From Candidatus Poribacteria bacterium (GTDB lineage Bacteria; Poribacteria; WGA-4E; WGA-3G), in assembly GCA_964291315.2 (NCBI GenBank), contig OZ219753.1, forward strand, positions 2,656,001 to 2,720,000: a DNA stretch of 64,000 bases, written 5' to 3'. A model generated the notes under the pieces. That model was not told the DNA's origin and ran no database searches. It worked only from the letters and a program-made list of their open reading frames with translations. The translations under genes and the position numbers were made by a program. Of the stretch, positions 44,166 through 54,668 are shown in pieces. The first letter of the stretch is position 1; the number at the start of each line of letters is the position of its first letter.

Positions 44166-44969
44166 ATGGCAAAAAAATCTAGAATTGTTATGGTGGCGGG
44201 AAACGCAAGTCATGGCGGTGGATCGCATGAACATCCTGCTGGGTGTGCCTTTCTTGCAGATCAGTTGAACAAAAACCTGGAAGGGGTGGAAGCAGTAGTC
44301 TTGCAAGGGTGGCCCGCAGATCCAGCAACCTTCGCTGATACAAATGCTATTATTGTATATTCAGATGGTGGGGCCAAACATCTTAGTATTCCGCACCTTA
44401 ATCAAATCTCTGAATTAATGGAACAGGGCATAGGACTTGCAATGCTGCACTATGCAGTCGAGGTGCCGAAGGGGGAACCTGGGGACTGTTTCTTAGATTG
44501 GATTGGCGGATATTTTGAGACACATCTTTCGGTTAATCCATATTGGACTGCAACGTTTACTAGGTTTCCTGAACATCCGATAACGCGTGGAATGGAGCCT
44601 TTTTCGTTAGAGGACGAGTGGTATTATCACATGCGATTCCGTGAAAAAATGCAGGGTGTAACGCCGTTGTTGAGTGCAGTTGCACCTCTGTCAACGCTTG
44701 AAAGGCCTGATGGTCCACACAGTGGTAACCCGCATGTGCGCGCATCCGTCGCTAATGGTGAGCTACAACATTTGGCATGGTGCCTCGAGCGTGCAGATGG
44801 CGGACGTGGTCTCGGATTTACCGGCGGACATCTCCATCGGAATTGGGCGGATGATAGACTGCGTAAGTTTATCCTCAACGCAATCGCTTGGACAGCGAAA
44901 GTGGAAGTTCCAGAGGCTGGTATCTCTACGCCGACACCGACCGAGGCAGAATTGGAGGCGTATCTATAA
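44166..44969 (+). CDS. ThuA-like domain protein
   Basis: GSHEH, DEWYY and GFTGGH motifs; GGAGGT SD before ATG 44166. Confidence 0.8.
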   Translation: MAKKSRIVMVAGNASHGGGSHEHPAGCAFLADQLNKNLEGVEAVVLQGWPADPATFADTNAIIVYSDGGAKHLSIPHLNQISELMEQGIGLAMLHYAVEVPKGEPGDCFLDWIGGYFETHLSVNPYWTATFTRFPEHPITRGMEPFSLEDEWYYHMRFREKMQGVTPLLSAVAPLSTLERPDGPHSGNPHVRASVANGELQHLAWCLERADGGRGLGFTGGHLHRNWADDRLRKFILNAIAWTAKVEVPEAGISTPTPTEAELEAYL

Positions 44970-45026
44970 ACTGTGGCACTCTTCGATGAATGGAGCTGAC
45001 CCCTCTCCCGGCTAAGGAGGCAGAAT

Positions 45027-45881
45027 GTGAACGAAGCGTTACAAGATTATCTCTTCGACTTACAAGGCTATCTGGTTTTAGAACGTGCGATCTCGGAAGA
45101 ACATCTAGGAAAGATAAACGCTTGGATCGAGACACATTGGGATTACGTTGCGGAACCGTGGGAGAAAAATACAGAAGATAAACGGATCCCACGCTGGATT
45201 GGCAATATCGAGACGCATACCTATAACATCGAAAACGGTGTGAATTTTCAGAATATCATTGAAGGTGGAGAGGTCTTCGAGAAATTAATCGACTATCCGG
45301 CCTGGATTAATCTCGTGCGGAAATACATTCATGAAGTCAACGGACTCTCTATCCATGAGAATTTTCTTAACGTCCGCGGGCCCGGTGGTTTCATTCATAT
45401 CCACTGCGGTGGACACGTTCCGCTGAGTTATCTGACATTTCGCCAAGAGAACACAGGGGAATGGATGGTCGGACAAATCAACGTGCTTATGGCAGTTAAC
45501 GATATTGGACCGGGGGACGGGGCACCGGTGTTGGTGCCGGGAAGTCACAAATGTACAGAGATCCACCCGCGTTTGAAGGTTGATGGGAAAGGCTTAGTTT
45601 ATGACGGGGTGAGTGGCAAACCCGCAGGGACAGCCTTCGGCGCAAAGGAAATCTATCTCAAGGCAGGCGATGTCGTAATGTTCACGGATGCCATTACACA
45701 TGGATCAGCAGAACGGACCAACGAGGGATACCGTCGGTCAATTGTCTATCGTTACTCGCCAAGGTATGTTCGCGAGCGTTTTGATTACCCGCATTCAGAA
45801 GAGTTCTTGGCATGTTTGACACCGGATCAGCGGAAGATTATCCAGCCGACATCGGTACGTCGTCCACCACAAGTTATCTAA
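45027..45881 (+). CDS. Phytanoyl-CoA dioxygenase (PhyH) family protein
   Basis: QGYLVL, DGAPVLVPGSHK, AGDVVMF..AITHGS, RRSIVYRY. Confidence 0.85.
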   Translation: MNEALQDYLFDLQGYLVLERAISEEHLGKINAWIETHWDYVAEPWEKNTEDKRIPRWIGNIETHTYNIENGVNFQNIIEGGEVFEKLIDYPAWINLVRKYIHEVNGLSIHENFLNVRGPGGFIHIHCGGHVPLSYLTFRQENTGEWMVGQINVLMAVNDIGPGDGAPVLVPGSHKCTEIHPRLKVDGKGLVYDGVSGKPAGTAFGAKEIYLKAGDVVMFTDAITHGSAERTNEGYRRSIVYRYSPRYVRERFDYPHSEEFLACLTPDQRKIIQPTSVRRPPQVI

Positions 45882-45969
45882 CGAATGAATTAATTGCATG
45901 ATTACCTTTGAAATCAAAGCGGCTTCTATAAGAAGATACTTCATTTTTCATCTTATCATCTAACAGGAT

Positions 45970-47484
45970 ATGAAAAAAGCAGAAAAAACGCTCTGGGGCG
46001 GACGTTTTAGCACAAGCCTCACCACAGAAACGATAGCCTTCACACACTCCATTAGAGCCGACTCCCGACTCATTGGGTACGATATCTGGGGGAGCCAGGT
46101 ACATGCTATTATGCTTGCTCAGCAAGAAATAATCTCCGATGCCGACCTACGCGAGATTTTACATTGGCTCCGAAAAGCTGAGGCGGATTTTCAGAACGGT
46201 GACTTTACGCTCGATCCGAATAAAGAAGACGTACACATGAATGTCGAATCTTACCTGATTGAGAATGCGGGGCGCGAGTGTGGTGGCAAACTCCATACAG
46301 CTCGTTCTCGCAATGATCAGGTACTCGTAGACGCGCATCTCTATATTCGGGAAGAAATCCTCCACGCCGAGAGTGGGATCGCAACAGTGTGTGATGCGCT
46401 CCTCCAAATTGCGAAAGCACATACTGATACTGTGATGCCGGGGTATACGCACACACAGCATGCGCAGCCGATTAGCCTCGGTTTTTGGGCAACGGCCTAT
46501 GTGAGCATGTTCCTCCGGGATCAGAAACGTCTGAAATCCGCATATGCACTTGCAAACATGAATCCGCTTGGAGCGTGTGCATTGGCGGGCACGACGTTCC
46601 GTATTGACCGAGAGTTGACAACAAAGCTCCTCGGTTTTGATGCACCGCACGAACACGCCCTTGATGTCATCAGCAGCCGAGATTTTATCGCAGAAACACT
46701 CTTTGCACTATCGTTGGTGATGGCAAACCTCTCACGGATTAGCGAGGAAATTGTCTATTGGACAACATACGAGTTTGGTATGGCGGTGCTCGACGACGCG
46801 TATAGTTTCGGGAGTTCAATTATGCCGCAGAAAAAGAACCCCGACATCGCTGAACTCACGCGAGGGCGTACAGGACGCGTCTACGGCGCATTACTTGACC
46901 TGTTGACAAACCTCAAAGGTTTACCGATGGGCTATAACCGCGATTTTCAGGAAGATAAACCGCCGCTCTGGGAAGCGTTTGATGTTGTGAAGGCATGCCT
47001 TGGAGTGCTACCTGAACTCCTCAAGACCACTGATTTCAAAACGGAGCGGATGGCGGAATTGGCGAACGCGAATTTCGCAACCGCAACTGAATTAGCCAAT
47101 TATCTCGTCAAAGAACGTCAGATGAGTTTTCGGGAGTGCCATGAAATCGTCGGATGGCTTGTCGGAGCACTCGTCGATCAAGAAAAAACGTTCTCCGATT
47201 GGGAATTGACACGAAACCTCTTAAAGCAGAGAAACATTGACATGTCTATTGAGGGGCTCAAGCAAATTCTGGATGCAGCGTCAGCAATTCAGAACAACCA
47301 AAGCCTTGGAGGCACATCGCCTAACGAGGTTCAGCGGATGATAGACAATTTTGAAGGGCAACTTAATAAAATTGTATCACGGATTTATACGTGTCAGATG
47401 CAAATTGAGGAGGCGCGCAGAAAGACGAGACAACTTGTTAGAAAGGCTTTGGACATGCGGGTTGTTTCTAAAAAAGGGAAATGA
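45970..47484 (+). CDS. argH: Argininosuccinate lyase
   Basis: LWGGRF, HTARSRNDQ, GSSIMPQKKNPD. Confidence 0.97.
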   Translation: MKKAEKTLWGGRFSTSLTTETIAFTHSIRADSRLIGYDIWGSQVHAIMLAQQEIISDADLREILHWLRKAEADFQNGDFTLDPNKEDVHMNVESYLIENAGRECGGKLHTARSRNDQVLVDAHLYIREEILHAESGIATVCDALLQIAKAHTDTVMPGYTHTQHAQPISLGFWATAYVSMFLRDQKRLKSAYALANMNPLGACALAGTTFRIDRELTTKLLGFDAPHEHALDVISSRDFIAETLFALSLVMANLSRISEEIVYWTTYEFGMAVLDDAYSFGSSIMPQKKNPDIAELTRGRTGRVYGALLDLLTNLKGLPMGYNRDFQEDKPPLWEAFDVVKACLGVLPELLKTTDFKTERMAELANANFATATELANYLVKERQMSFRECHEIVGWLVGALVDQEKTFSDWELTRNLLKQRNIDMSIEGLKQILDAASAIQNNQSLGGTSPNEVQRMIDNFEGQLNKIVSRIYTCQMQIEEARRKTRQLVRKALDMRVVSKKGK

Positions 47485-48203
47485 CAAAATTGGAAAACAG
47501 ATTGATTGTTGCATTGGATACAGACGACGGTGAAGATATTGATGGGTTATCCGAGACGCTCATGGATATTGTCCCCTGGATTAAACTAGGCTTTCAAGCG
47601 TTCAGTACCCTTGGAGCCGAGGCATTTCCGTGGCTTAGTGGACGCGGACACAAGATATTTCTTGACCTGAAATTCCACGACATCCCAAACACAGTCGCCC
47701 GCGATGTCGGCACGATGACAAAACAGGGCGCACACATGATTAACATGCACGCCGCCGGTGGATTTGAGATGATGCAGGCTGCGAGGTATAGTGCGGATAA
47801 TGCGGCTTACGATGCTGGCATCCCGAAACCTATTCTTCTCGGCGTGACCATTTTGACAAGCATTGTCGAAACTGACTTTCAACAAAATTTCGGATCAGAA
47901 CGAAACCTTACGAAACAGGTCGTCTATCTTGCACAATTGGCGAAAGAAGCGGGATTGGATGGCGTTGTTGCGTCACCGTTGGAAATTGAACCGATTCGCA
48001 AAGCCTGCGGTGACGGGTTTTTAATTGTTACGCCAGGGATACGTCCGAAATCGGCGGTGAGTGGCGATCAACGCCGCATTACTACCCCCACAGAAGCGAT
48101 CCGGCGGGGGGCAAATTATATTGTCGTAGGCAGACCTATAATTGAGGCAGGGGATCCCTTGAAGGCTACTGAAATGATTCTTCAGGACATGAGAGAGGCA
48201 TAG
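47481..48203 (+). CDS. pyrF: Orotidine-5'-phosphate decarboxylase
   Basis: LIVALD, FLDLKFHDIPNT, VTPGIRP, VVGRPI. Confidence 0.97.
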   Translation: MTKLENRLIVALDTDDGEDIDGLSETLMDIVPWIKLGFQAFSTLGAEAFPWLSGRGHKIFLDLKFHDIPNTVARDVGTMTKQGAHMINMHAAGGFEMMQAARYSADNAAYDAGIPKPILLGVTILTSIVETDFQQNFGSERNLTKQVVYLAQLAKEAGLDGVVASPLEIEPIRKACGDGFLIVTPGIRPKSAVSGDQRRITTPTEAIRRGANYIVVGRPIIEAGDPLKATEMILQDMREA

Positions 48204-48207
48204 TACT

Positions 48208-49644
48208 ATGAACATCATCTGTATCTGTTTGGATACGTTTCGTGCGGACATCATCGGTGAAGGTAAGAAGTATAGTCACGTACAAACCCCGAATCTTGAT
48301 ACATTTGCATCTGAGAGTGTCCGTTTCACACGCGCATTTGGAGAGGGGCAACCGACGCTTCAGGTGCGACGCGCAAACTTCACCGGGATGCGGAGTTTTC
48401 CCTGGAAATACAATTTCGACCGGCGCGGACATTGGCATCATGCCCCCGGTTGGCACAAGATTCCACCGGAACAGGATACGCTCGCTGAGGTTCTACTCGA
48501 ACGCGGTTATCTCACCGCACTTATTGCAGATACCTATCATATGTTCAAGCCGACGATGAATTTCTCGCGTGGCTTTGCACATTTCGATTTTATCCGCGGG
48601 CAGGAATCTGACAACTGGCACAGCGGCGACCCGAGGTTGATTGAGGCACAACTCCGAAAACATGTCCGCGAACCAATCAATTGGCAGCGGCATGCTGGAC
48701 TCGTCAATTACTTGTTATCGCAGCGGCATCGACAGTCGGAAGCTGACTACAGTTGTGCGCGTGTTTTCCGCGCGGCATCTGATTGGCTTCAGGATAACTA
48801 CACCGTCGGCCCTTTCTTTCTTTGGGTAGACAGTTTCGACCCGCATGAGCCGTGGGATCCACCAAAATCATACGCTGATCTCTATTTTTCAGACTACTCC
48901 GGGAAGGACTTTATTATGGCCAGCAGCGCAAATGAAGGCGAAGGTCCTTCGGAAGATGAACGCCTCCGAATTGAGGCACTCTACCTCGGAGAAGTAACGT
49001 TTGTCGATAAATGGATCGGGGTGCTCCTCAACAAGATAGAACAACTGCGGATTCGCGACGATACGGTGGTTGTCTTGATCTCCGACCACGGTACTCAGCT
49101 CCGTGATCACGGAAGTTTCGGAAAGGGAGCAAACAAATTGCATCCGTTTAACACACAGCTGAACCTGATGATTCGACACCCGGAAGGTCCCAATGATAAG
49201 GAAATTTCCGCGTTTGTGCAAAACCACGACCTAATGCCGACGCTCCTAAACTTGCTTGATATTCCCTGTGGTTGGACAGATGGCGAGGACATGTGGCCGC
49301 TCGTCACACAAAAGAAAGCCTTCCTTCGAGAACGGGTTATCACAGGTTGGGCAAGCTTTATTATTGGAAACGCGAGAGGACGGGTCAGTGTACGCGATAA
49401 CCATTGGAACTTCTGTACATCGGTGGGTTATAAAGACGAGAAGGGTGATGAACTCTTTGATGTCCGCAACGATCCAGAGGAACAAGTGAACGTGGCGAGC
49501 GCACATCCGAAGGTTGTCACAGAGCGGCGACGAGATATTGAAGCATTAATCGGGCAACCCCTCCCGGGACATTTCATCGAAGTTTGTGACCCGGGGAACG
49601 CCCCAATGACGCAATGGCTCCAGCGGAAACTAGCAGAAATGTAA
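48208..49644 (+). CDS. Sulfatase-like hydrolase (alkaline phosphatase superfamily)
   Basis: LDTFRAD, TPNLD, FDPHEPWDPP, SDHG; the nucleophile motif is TLQVR rather than CxPxR. Confidence 0.85.
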   Translation: MNIICICLDTFRADIIGEGKKYSHVQTPNLDTFASESVRFTRAFGEGQPTLQVRRANFTGMRSFPWKYNFDRRGHWHHAPGWHKIPPEQDTLAEVLLERGYLTALIADTYHMFKPTMNFSRGFAHFDFIRGQESDNWHSGDPRLIEAQLRKHVREPINWQRHAGLVNYLLSQRHRQSEADYSCARVFRAASDWLQDNYTVGPFFLWVDSFDPHEPWDPPKSYADLYFSDYSGKDFIMASSANEGEGPSEDERLRIEALYLGEVTFVDKWIGVLLNKIEQLRIRDDTVVVLISDHGTQLRDHGSFGKGANKLHPFNTQLNLMIRHPEGPNDKEISAFVQNHDLMPTLLNLLDIPCGWTDGEDMWPLVTQKKAFLRERVITGWASFIIGNARGRVSVRDNHWNFCTSVGYKDEKGDELFDVRNDPEEQVNVASAHPKVVTERRRDIEALIGQPLPGHFIEVCDPGNAPMTQWLQRKLAEM

Positions 49645-49766
49645 AACACTTGATCTGATTTTCCGTTTGACATATAATACGTCAAACGGGTCATCAAAAA
49701 TCTATTATCCTGTTCGGCTTGCAAGCTAAGCCGAAATTCGTTATAGAAAATTTGAAGGGAAAAATT

Positions 49767-50540
49767 ATGGGAAGAAGACGATCCAGAGTGCAATATTGTA
49801 AAGGCGAATTGATTGAACGTGAGGACTTCTCTGAAGATTTGGCCGCGTTCAAATTTCGTGTTGATAAAAAATTACCATTTATACCCGGACAATACGCGAC
49901 GATCGGTTTTCAGGTCGACGGAAAGATTCTTCAACGTCCCTATTCTATTGTCTCCTCACCCCACGAACCGTTTATGGAGGTTTTCGTGGAATTGGTGCCG
50001 GAAGGTGAGACCACTCCACTGTTTTGGGAACTGAAATTAGGGGACAGTGTATTCTTTCGGGAACGTCTCGTCGGCAAGTTTGTCTTGGATACGGAGAGTG
50101 GAATGACGCGTCATGTTATGGCAGGTACCGTGACAGGCGCTGCACCGTATATTAGCATCGCCCGCACACAAAAAATAGAGCAAGAACAAGGGAAAATCAG
50201 CCCACATCAAATTTTAGCGATTGTAGGCGCGAGCCGCTCGTGGGAGCTTGGATATTACCTGGATGAACTCAATGAACTTGCTGCACAAGAGGAATGGTTC
50301 AGCTTCGTTCCAACAGTGAGTCGTCCCTGGGAGGATCCGGGCTGGCGAGGCGAGAGTGGACGTGCTGAAGATGTAATTCGGAAATATGGTGATCAACTCG
50401 GTTACGATCACACCAATGCTGTTGCCTACGCGTGCGGACATCCACAGATGATTGAAAATTCCAAATCTATCTGGGCACGTGCGCGTTTCCCTGAAGAGCG
50501 GATCAAAGAGGAAAAATTCTTCGTGATCAAAGAAGAGTAG
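49767..50540 (+). CDS. fpr: Ferredoxin/flavodoxin-NADP+ reductase
   Basis: FIPGQY, RPYSIVS, TGAAPY, YACGHPQMI. Confidence 0.85.
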   Translation: MGRRRSRVQYCKGELIEREDFSEDLAAFKFRVDKKLPFIPGQYATIGFQVDGKILQRPYSIVSSPHEPFMEVFVELVPEGETTPLFWELKLGDSVFFRERLVGKFVLDTESGMTRHVMAGTVTGAAPYISIARTQKIEQEQGKISPHQILAIVGASRSWELGYYLDELNELAAQEEWFSFVPTVSRPWEDPGWRGESGRAEDVIRKYGDQLGYDHTNAVAYACGHPQMIENSKSIWARARFPEERIKEEKFFVIKEE

Positions 50541-50581
50541 TGATGTAGAAATCCACACTTAGACTTATAGCAAGCTGACCT

Positions 50582-50630
50582 AAATAGCGGCACTACGCGG
50601 GCGACTTCGCGGAATGCCGCTGTTTCGTTT
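50582..50630 (+). terminator. Hairpin, probable intrinsic terminator
   Basis: AAATAGCGGCA...TGCCGCTGTTT followed by CGTTT, between convergent genes. Confidence 0.55.
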
Positions 50631-50739
50631 GGTCGGTATTATTCTACAATTCGAGGCAGTGTCTTGAGACTTTGCGCATTAGAATACGGATGACTCGAAG
50701 TCACAACACCTAGAACATCGCTTGCATTGTTACGAGGTC

Positions 50740-52509
50740 TCAGTCTATATCCATATTCCAAACTAGAATAGTACCGTCCTCGCTCCCACTGACAAGTGTA
50801 GTGTCATCCTCAGAAAAAATCAACGTTGTGATTTTTCTACTATGCTTAGCTGAAATTGATATTCTCTTATATGTGTTAATATTTAACAATGAGATTTGAC
50901 CTATTGCATCTCCGACCGCAAGAAATCGGGTAGAGGAAGAAAGCGCTAAGGCGGTAATTGAACTGAATGAACCTCTGTAATTCTTTACTTCTTGACCTGT
51001 AAGAGCATCCCACTGCCGGATGGTTCCATTTTCTTCACCACTGAAAAGGTGGGTGCCATCAGCAAAGAATGTCAGTGCTGCAATAGTGCCTTGAGAACCT
51101 CTAAGTTTTTTTAGCGTTTCCTTACTACCGATATCCAATAAATGAATTCTGCCATCCGCCCCACCGCTAGCGAGAGTGGTGCCAGCAGGTGAAAGTGCAA
51201 GTGCTGTGATACCGTGTGGGTTACCGGTCAACCATGTTTGCAAGCTACCATCGTTCGATACAAAAATAGTGCCGTCTTCACTGCCGCCGCTGACAAGGAT
51301 TTTACCACTTTTTGAGAAAGCAACTGCTTGTGTTAATCCTCTATGGTCCTCGAGTTTGGATAGCTGCCTACCTGTGCTTGCGTCCCATAAGCGGAGTTTG
51401 TTGTCTAACCCGGTTCCGCATGCAAGAACACGTTTGTCTTCTGTGTATGTCAAGGCTTTCACCCCGCCGGTATGTCCTGTGAGCACTAACCTTTCGCGAG
51501 CAAGAGGTATGTCCCATAAACGAATCGTGCCATCTAAACTACCGCTTGCAAGAGTCTTCCCGTCTGGTGACAATTCGAAAGTAGGGACTACATCTTTATG
51601 TCCTGTAAGGGTAGACGTGAGTTCACCTGTGTTGATGTTCCATACTCGAATTTCCTTGTCGGCTCCGCTGGTAGCAAAGCTGTGTCCATCTTTTAAGAAA
51701 TTTACCACGTGAACGGGGGTATTATATTTCTTAGGTTCAGTAAGTTTGCCACCTGTGACGAGATTCCATTCCATTACTCGAACTGTTCCATCCAGACCCG
51801 CGCTGATAACTTCTAGCCTTCTACCTTCTTGTGAGAAGTTAACCGCCCGGACCGAATCTGTATGCTCTTCAAACTTGTGGATTCTATCTCCGGTACGGGC
51901 ATACCAGACCTGAATTGTGCCATCCTCACTTCCACCAGCTATCGTGCTGTCATCTGACGAGAAGGCCAAGGTGTTAACGGTGTCGCTACACGGTAGGATT
52001 GCGATAAGTTTCTTGTTTTCAATAGTGGTGTGCGGATCCCATATTCGGATGGTTTTATCAGTGCTTCCACTAGCAAGCATGCTACCATCACGTGAGAATA
52101 TGACGGTATGAATTTCGCCAGTATGCCCTCTGAAAGTAGTTTGGGGATGTCGGTTATTGTTGTTATTAAGATTCCACAGCTTAACTGTCTGATCCGAGTG
52201 TGCAGCCGCAAGCATGAGGCCACCTGGAGAATATGAGACTGCATTAGCACCCCCTATAACCCCGGATAACATGGCTTGTTCTGTTCCTGTATGAACGTCG
52301 TAGATCCAAATACCAACGGTAGTTGCAACGGCTAATTGGTCACCGTAGGGAGAAAATTCTATGTCGTAAACCCACCCCTTGCCATAGCGGGCTGTTGCTT
52401 CTGGGGGTAAGGGCCATTCCGCAGAATTTTCTGCAATGAGGTTTGTTAAAAGACTTGTCATTAATAGAGAAATAACAATTAACAGATAGACATTTTTCAT
52501 TTGTTTCAT
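50740..52509 (-). CDS. Secreted WD40-repeat protein
   Basis: Signal peptide; many GH...LASGS.DGTIRLWD repeats. Confidence 0.93.
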   Translation of the reverse strand: MKQMKNVYLLIVISLLMTSLLTNLIAENSAEWPLPPEATARYGKGWVYDIEFSPYGDQLAVATTVGIWIYDVHTGTEQAMLSGVIGGANAVSYSPGGLMLAAAHSDQTVKLWNLNNNNNRHPQTTFRGHTGEIHTVIFSRDGSMLASGSTDKTIRIWDPHTTIENKKLIAILPCSDTVNTLAFSSDDSTIAGGSEDGTIQVWYARTGDRIHKFEEHTDSVRAVNFSQEGRRLEVISAGLDGTVRVMEWNLVTGGKLTEPKKYNTPVHVVNFLKDGHSFATSGADKEIRVWNINTGELTSTLTGHKDVVPTFELSPDGKTLASGSLDGTIRLWDIPLARERLVLTGHTGGVKALTYTEDKRVLACGTGLDNKLRLWDASTGRQLSKLEDHRGLTQAVAFSKSGKILVSGGSEDGTIFVSNDGSLQTWLTGNPHGITALALSPAGTTLASGGADGRIHLLDIGSKETLKKLRGSQGTIAALTFFADGTHLFSGEENGTIRQWDALTGQEVKNYRGSFSSITALALSSSTRFLAVGDAIGQISLLNINTYKRISISAKHSRKITTLIFSEDDTTLVSGSEDGTILVWNMDID

Positions 52510-52612
52510 CTCCTTCTCGGATAGTTGATATGTAAACGGTGATTCGCGTTTCGTAATTTATTTTACCACGCGAATAAACCAAAATCAATCTTTACAAGTA
52601 TTCTTGAAGCTT

Positions 52613-54658
52613 CTACTCTAGATCTATGTACCCTTTAAGTCTAAGGGCCGGTTCATAATTTGGATCGATTCTTAAAGCGGATTCCGCAGCATCCATCGAC
52701 GCTTTAAATTCACCACGTTTTAAGTAAACAAGCGCGAGGTTGTAGTGTGCTTGCTTATAATTCTCATCAACCCTTATTGCCTTTTTAAGAGGTTCTATGG
52801 CTTCGATGGGCTTATTCCATTCAATATAAATCACACCCAAACGGCCGTGTGCTTCCTTAAAGTTAGGGTCGATATTGATGGCGTTTTCACATTCAGTGAT
52901 TGCCTTATCGTACTGCTCTTCATCCAAAAACGTCCGAGCACGATCGTAGTATATCTTTTTTATTTTTGATAAAAGTTCGTGAGCAGGTGGATAATCGTCG
53001 GCAATCTCTAACGCTTTTCTGCCTGCTTCTTCCGCTTTTTCAAGGTTACCTTTGCGACGGTATTCCCGACCTTCCTTGACATAAGCCTCTGGGTCGGGGA
53101 TTGGCGGGTCGGGAATCGGAGGCGGTTCTATTTTTTTCATTGGGTCGGGGATTGGCGGGCCGGGAATCGGAGGCGGTATTTCTGACAAAAGTTCGCGAGC
53201 AGGTTGATAATCGTTGTTAATCTTTAACGCTTTTCTTGCCATTTCTTCCGCTTTTTCAAAATCACCTTTGTGAAAGTAGGCCCAACCTATACTAACATAA
53301 GTCTCTAGTTTATTAATCGGCATACGAGTGAGCCATGCCTGAATTTCGTCATCATCGCTATCGGCATATTTCGCTTCGGCACTCTCAACCGTGTCGATTA
53401 CCAACTGCCATTTGGACTGATCGCCGTTTTCTGCCCAACTCTTGTATGTTAAAGATAAATAGTAATAGGTTTTAATAGCGTACGAGCTGCCTTCATAATC
53501 TTTGATAAGTCTTTTGAAGGCATCAACCGATTTACTAAATAGGTCCGGCTGATCCAGGAGAGCTGCTTGGTAATAACAATAGCCTCCCCAATAGAGCACG
53601 TAAATCACGTCATCAGCAGCGAGACGATTACTATTGGCGAGCTTCTCATAGATTTCGGCTGCCTCTAAGAATCGCTCTTGCAGCCGAAAAAGTCTCGCCT
53701 TCCAAAAGATCGGATCGATCGGATTGGGTGGTATTATGTCTTCTACATAACCCCGATCCGGGACAATGAAGGTGAGCTGGTACGCCCGATGAATTTCTAC
53801 TTTGCGTTTGTCGTCAGACGTACTATACATAGCTTCTTCGTAGTACTTTCGCGCGTTTACACGATCATTTGAATCAAGGTGAATTTCTGCCATTCCAACG
53901 TAAGCCTCAGTAACATATTCGCTGTCAGGGCATTGTGCAATGAGGTCCTCATAGCGTTCGTAAGAATCGTGGAACTTACGTTGTCTTCGTAAGTCGGATG
54001 CTTTGTTGTACATTGCCTCACAATTGACTGAAGGATCCAGTTTCTTAGTCAGTTCTGCAATCCGACTTTCTGCTGCCGATCTAAATCTGGACTGTGGAAA
54101 TTCATTAACAAGTCTTTGAAAGGTTTGCAGAGCTTCTTCACAGTTTTTCTGTTGATAGTTGATTTCTCCAATAACGTACAGTATTTCCGACATCCGACGG
54201 CTATTTGGAAATTCTTCTATGAACCAAGAAAATTTAGACTTTGCTTGATCGAGATCTCCGATTTTATAGAGAACTTCTGCCCAGAGGTAATTTAATTCTT
54301 CTCGATGTTTAGCAACATTTGTATCCAATACTACCTCTTTGATATGTGTGAGAGCGTTTTGGTAGTGTCTGATATCGCTCATTTTCTCGGCAAGTCCATA
54401 ATAGCATTGAGCGATTTTGAGGTTAACAAGGGTGGTAAAGTCTTTATCAATCCGCTCTATCTTGGCCCCGAATTTTTTTGACTCCTTGAGTGCCTCTTTG
54501 TATTTCGCGATTGCGTTTTTATAATCTGCCTGTTCGTACGAAACTTCAGCAGCTTCAAAAATCTGTTCTATCTTTTTCGTGCTACCTAATACAAGTGGAG
54601 ATATAAGGGCAAGTACCAAGGCGAATCCACCGATGATACCCCAAATTCTGTCGTTCAT
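52613..54658 (-). CDS. Tetratricopeptide repeat protein with an N-terminal membrane anchor or signal and a Pro-rich insert
   Basis: Multiple TPR motifs (AHYNLALVY), EFPNS/EFPQS motifs, PPPIPDP repeats. Confidence 0.9.
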   Translation of the reverse strand: MNDRIWGIIGGFALVLALISPLVLGSTKKIEQIFEAAEVSYEQADYKNAIAKYKEALKESKKFGAKIERIDKDFTTLVNLKIAQCYYGLAEKMSDIRHYQNALTHIKEVVLDTNVAKHREELNYLWAEVLYKIGDLDQAKSKFSWFIEEFPNSRRMSEILYVIGEINYQQKNCEEALQTFQRLVNEFPQSRFRSAAESRIAELTKKLDPSVNCEAMYNKASDLRRQRKFHDSYERYEDLIAQCPDSEYVTEAYVGMAEIHLDSNDRVNARKYYEEAMYSTSDDKRKVEIHRAYQLTFIVPDRGYVEDIIPPNPIDPIFWKARLFRLQERFLEAAEIYEKLANSNRLAADDVIYVLYWGGYCYYQAALLDQPDLFSKSVDAFKRLIKDYEGSSYAIKTYYYLSLTYKSWAENGDQSKWQLVIDTVESAEAKYADSDDDEIQAWLTRMPINKLETYVSIGWAYFHKGDFEKAEEMARKALKINNDYQPARELLSEIPPPIPGPPIPDPMKKIEPPPIPDPPIPDPEAYVKEGREYRRKGNLEKAEEAGRKALEIADDYPPAHELLSKIKKIYYDRARTFLDEEQYDKAITECENAINIDPNFKEAHGRLGVIYIEWNKPIEAIEPLKKAIRVDENYKQAHYNLALVYLKRGEFKASMDAAESALRIDPNYEPALRLKGYIDLE

Positions 54659-54668
54659 CGTCGTCTCC

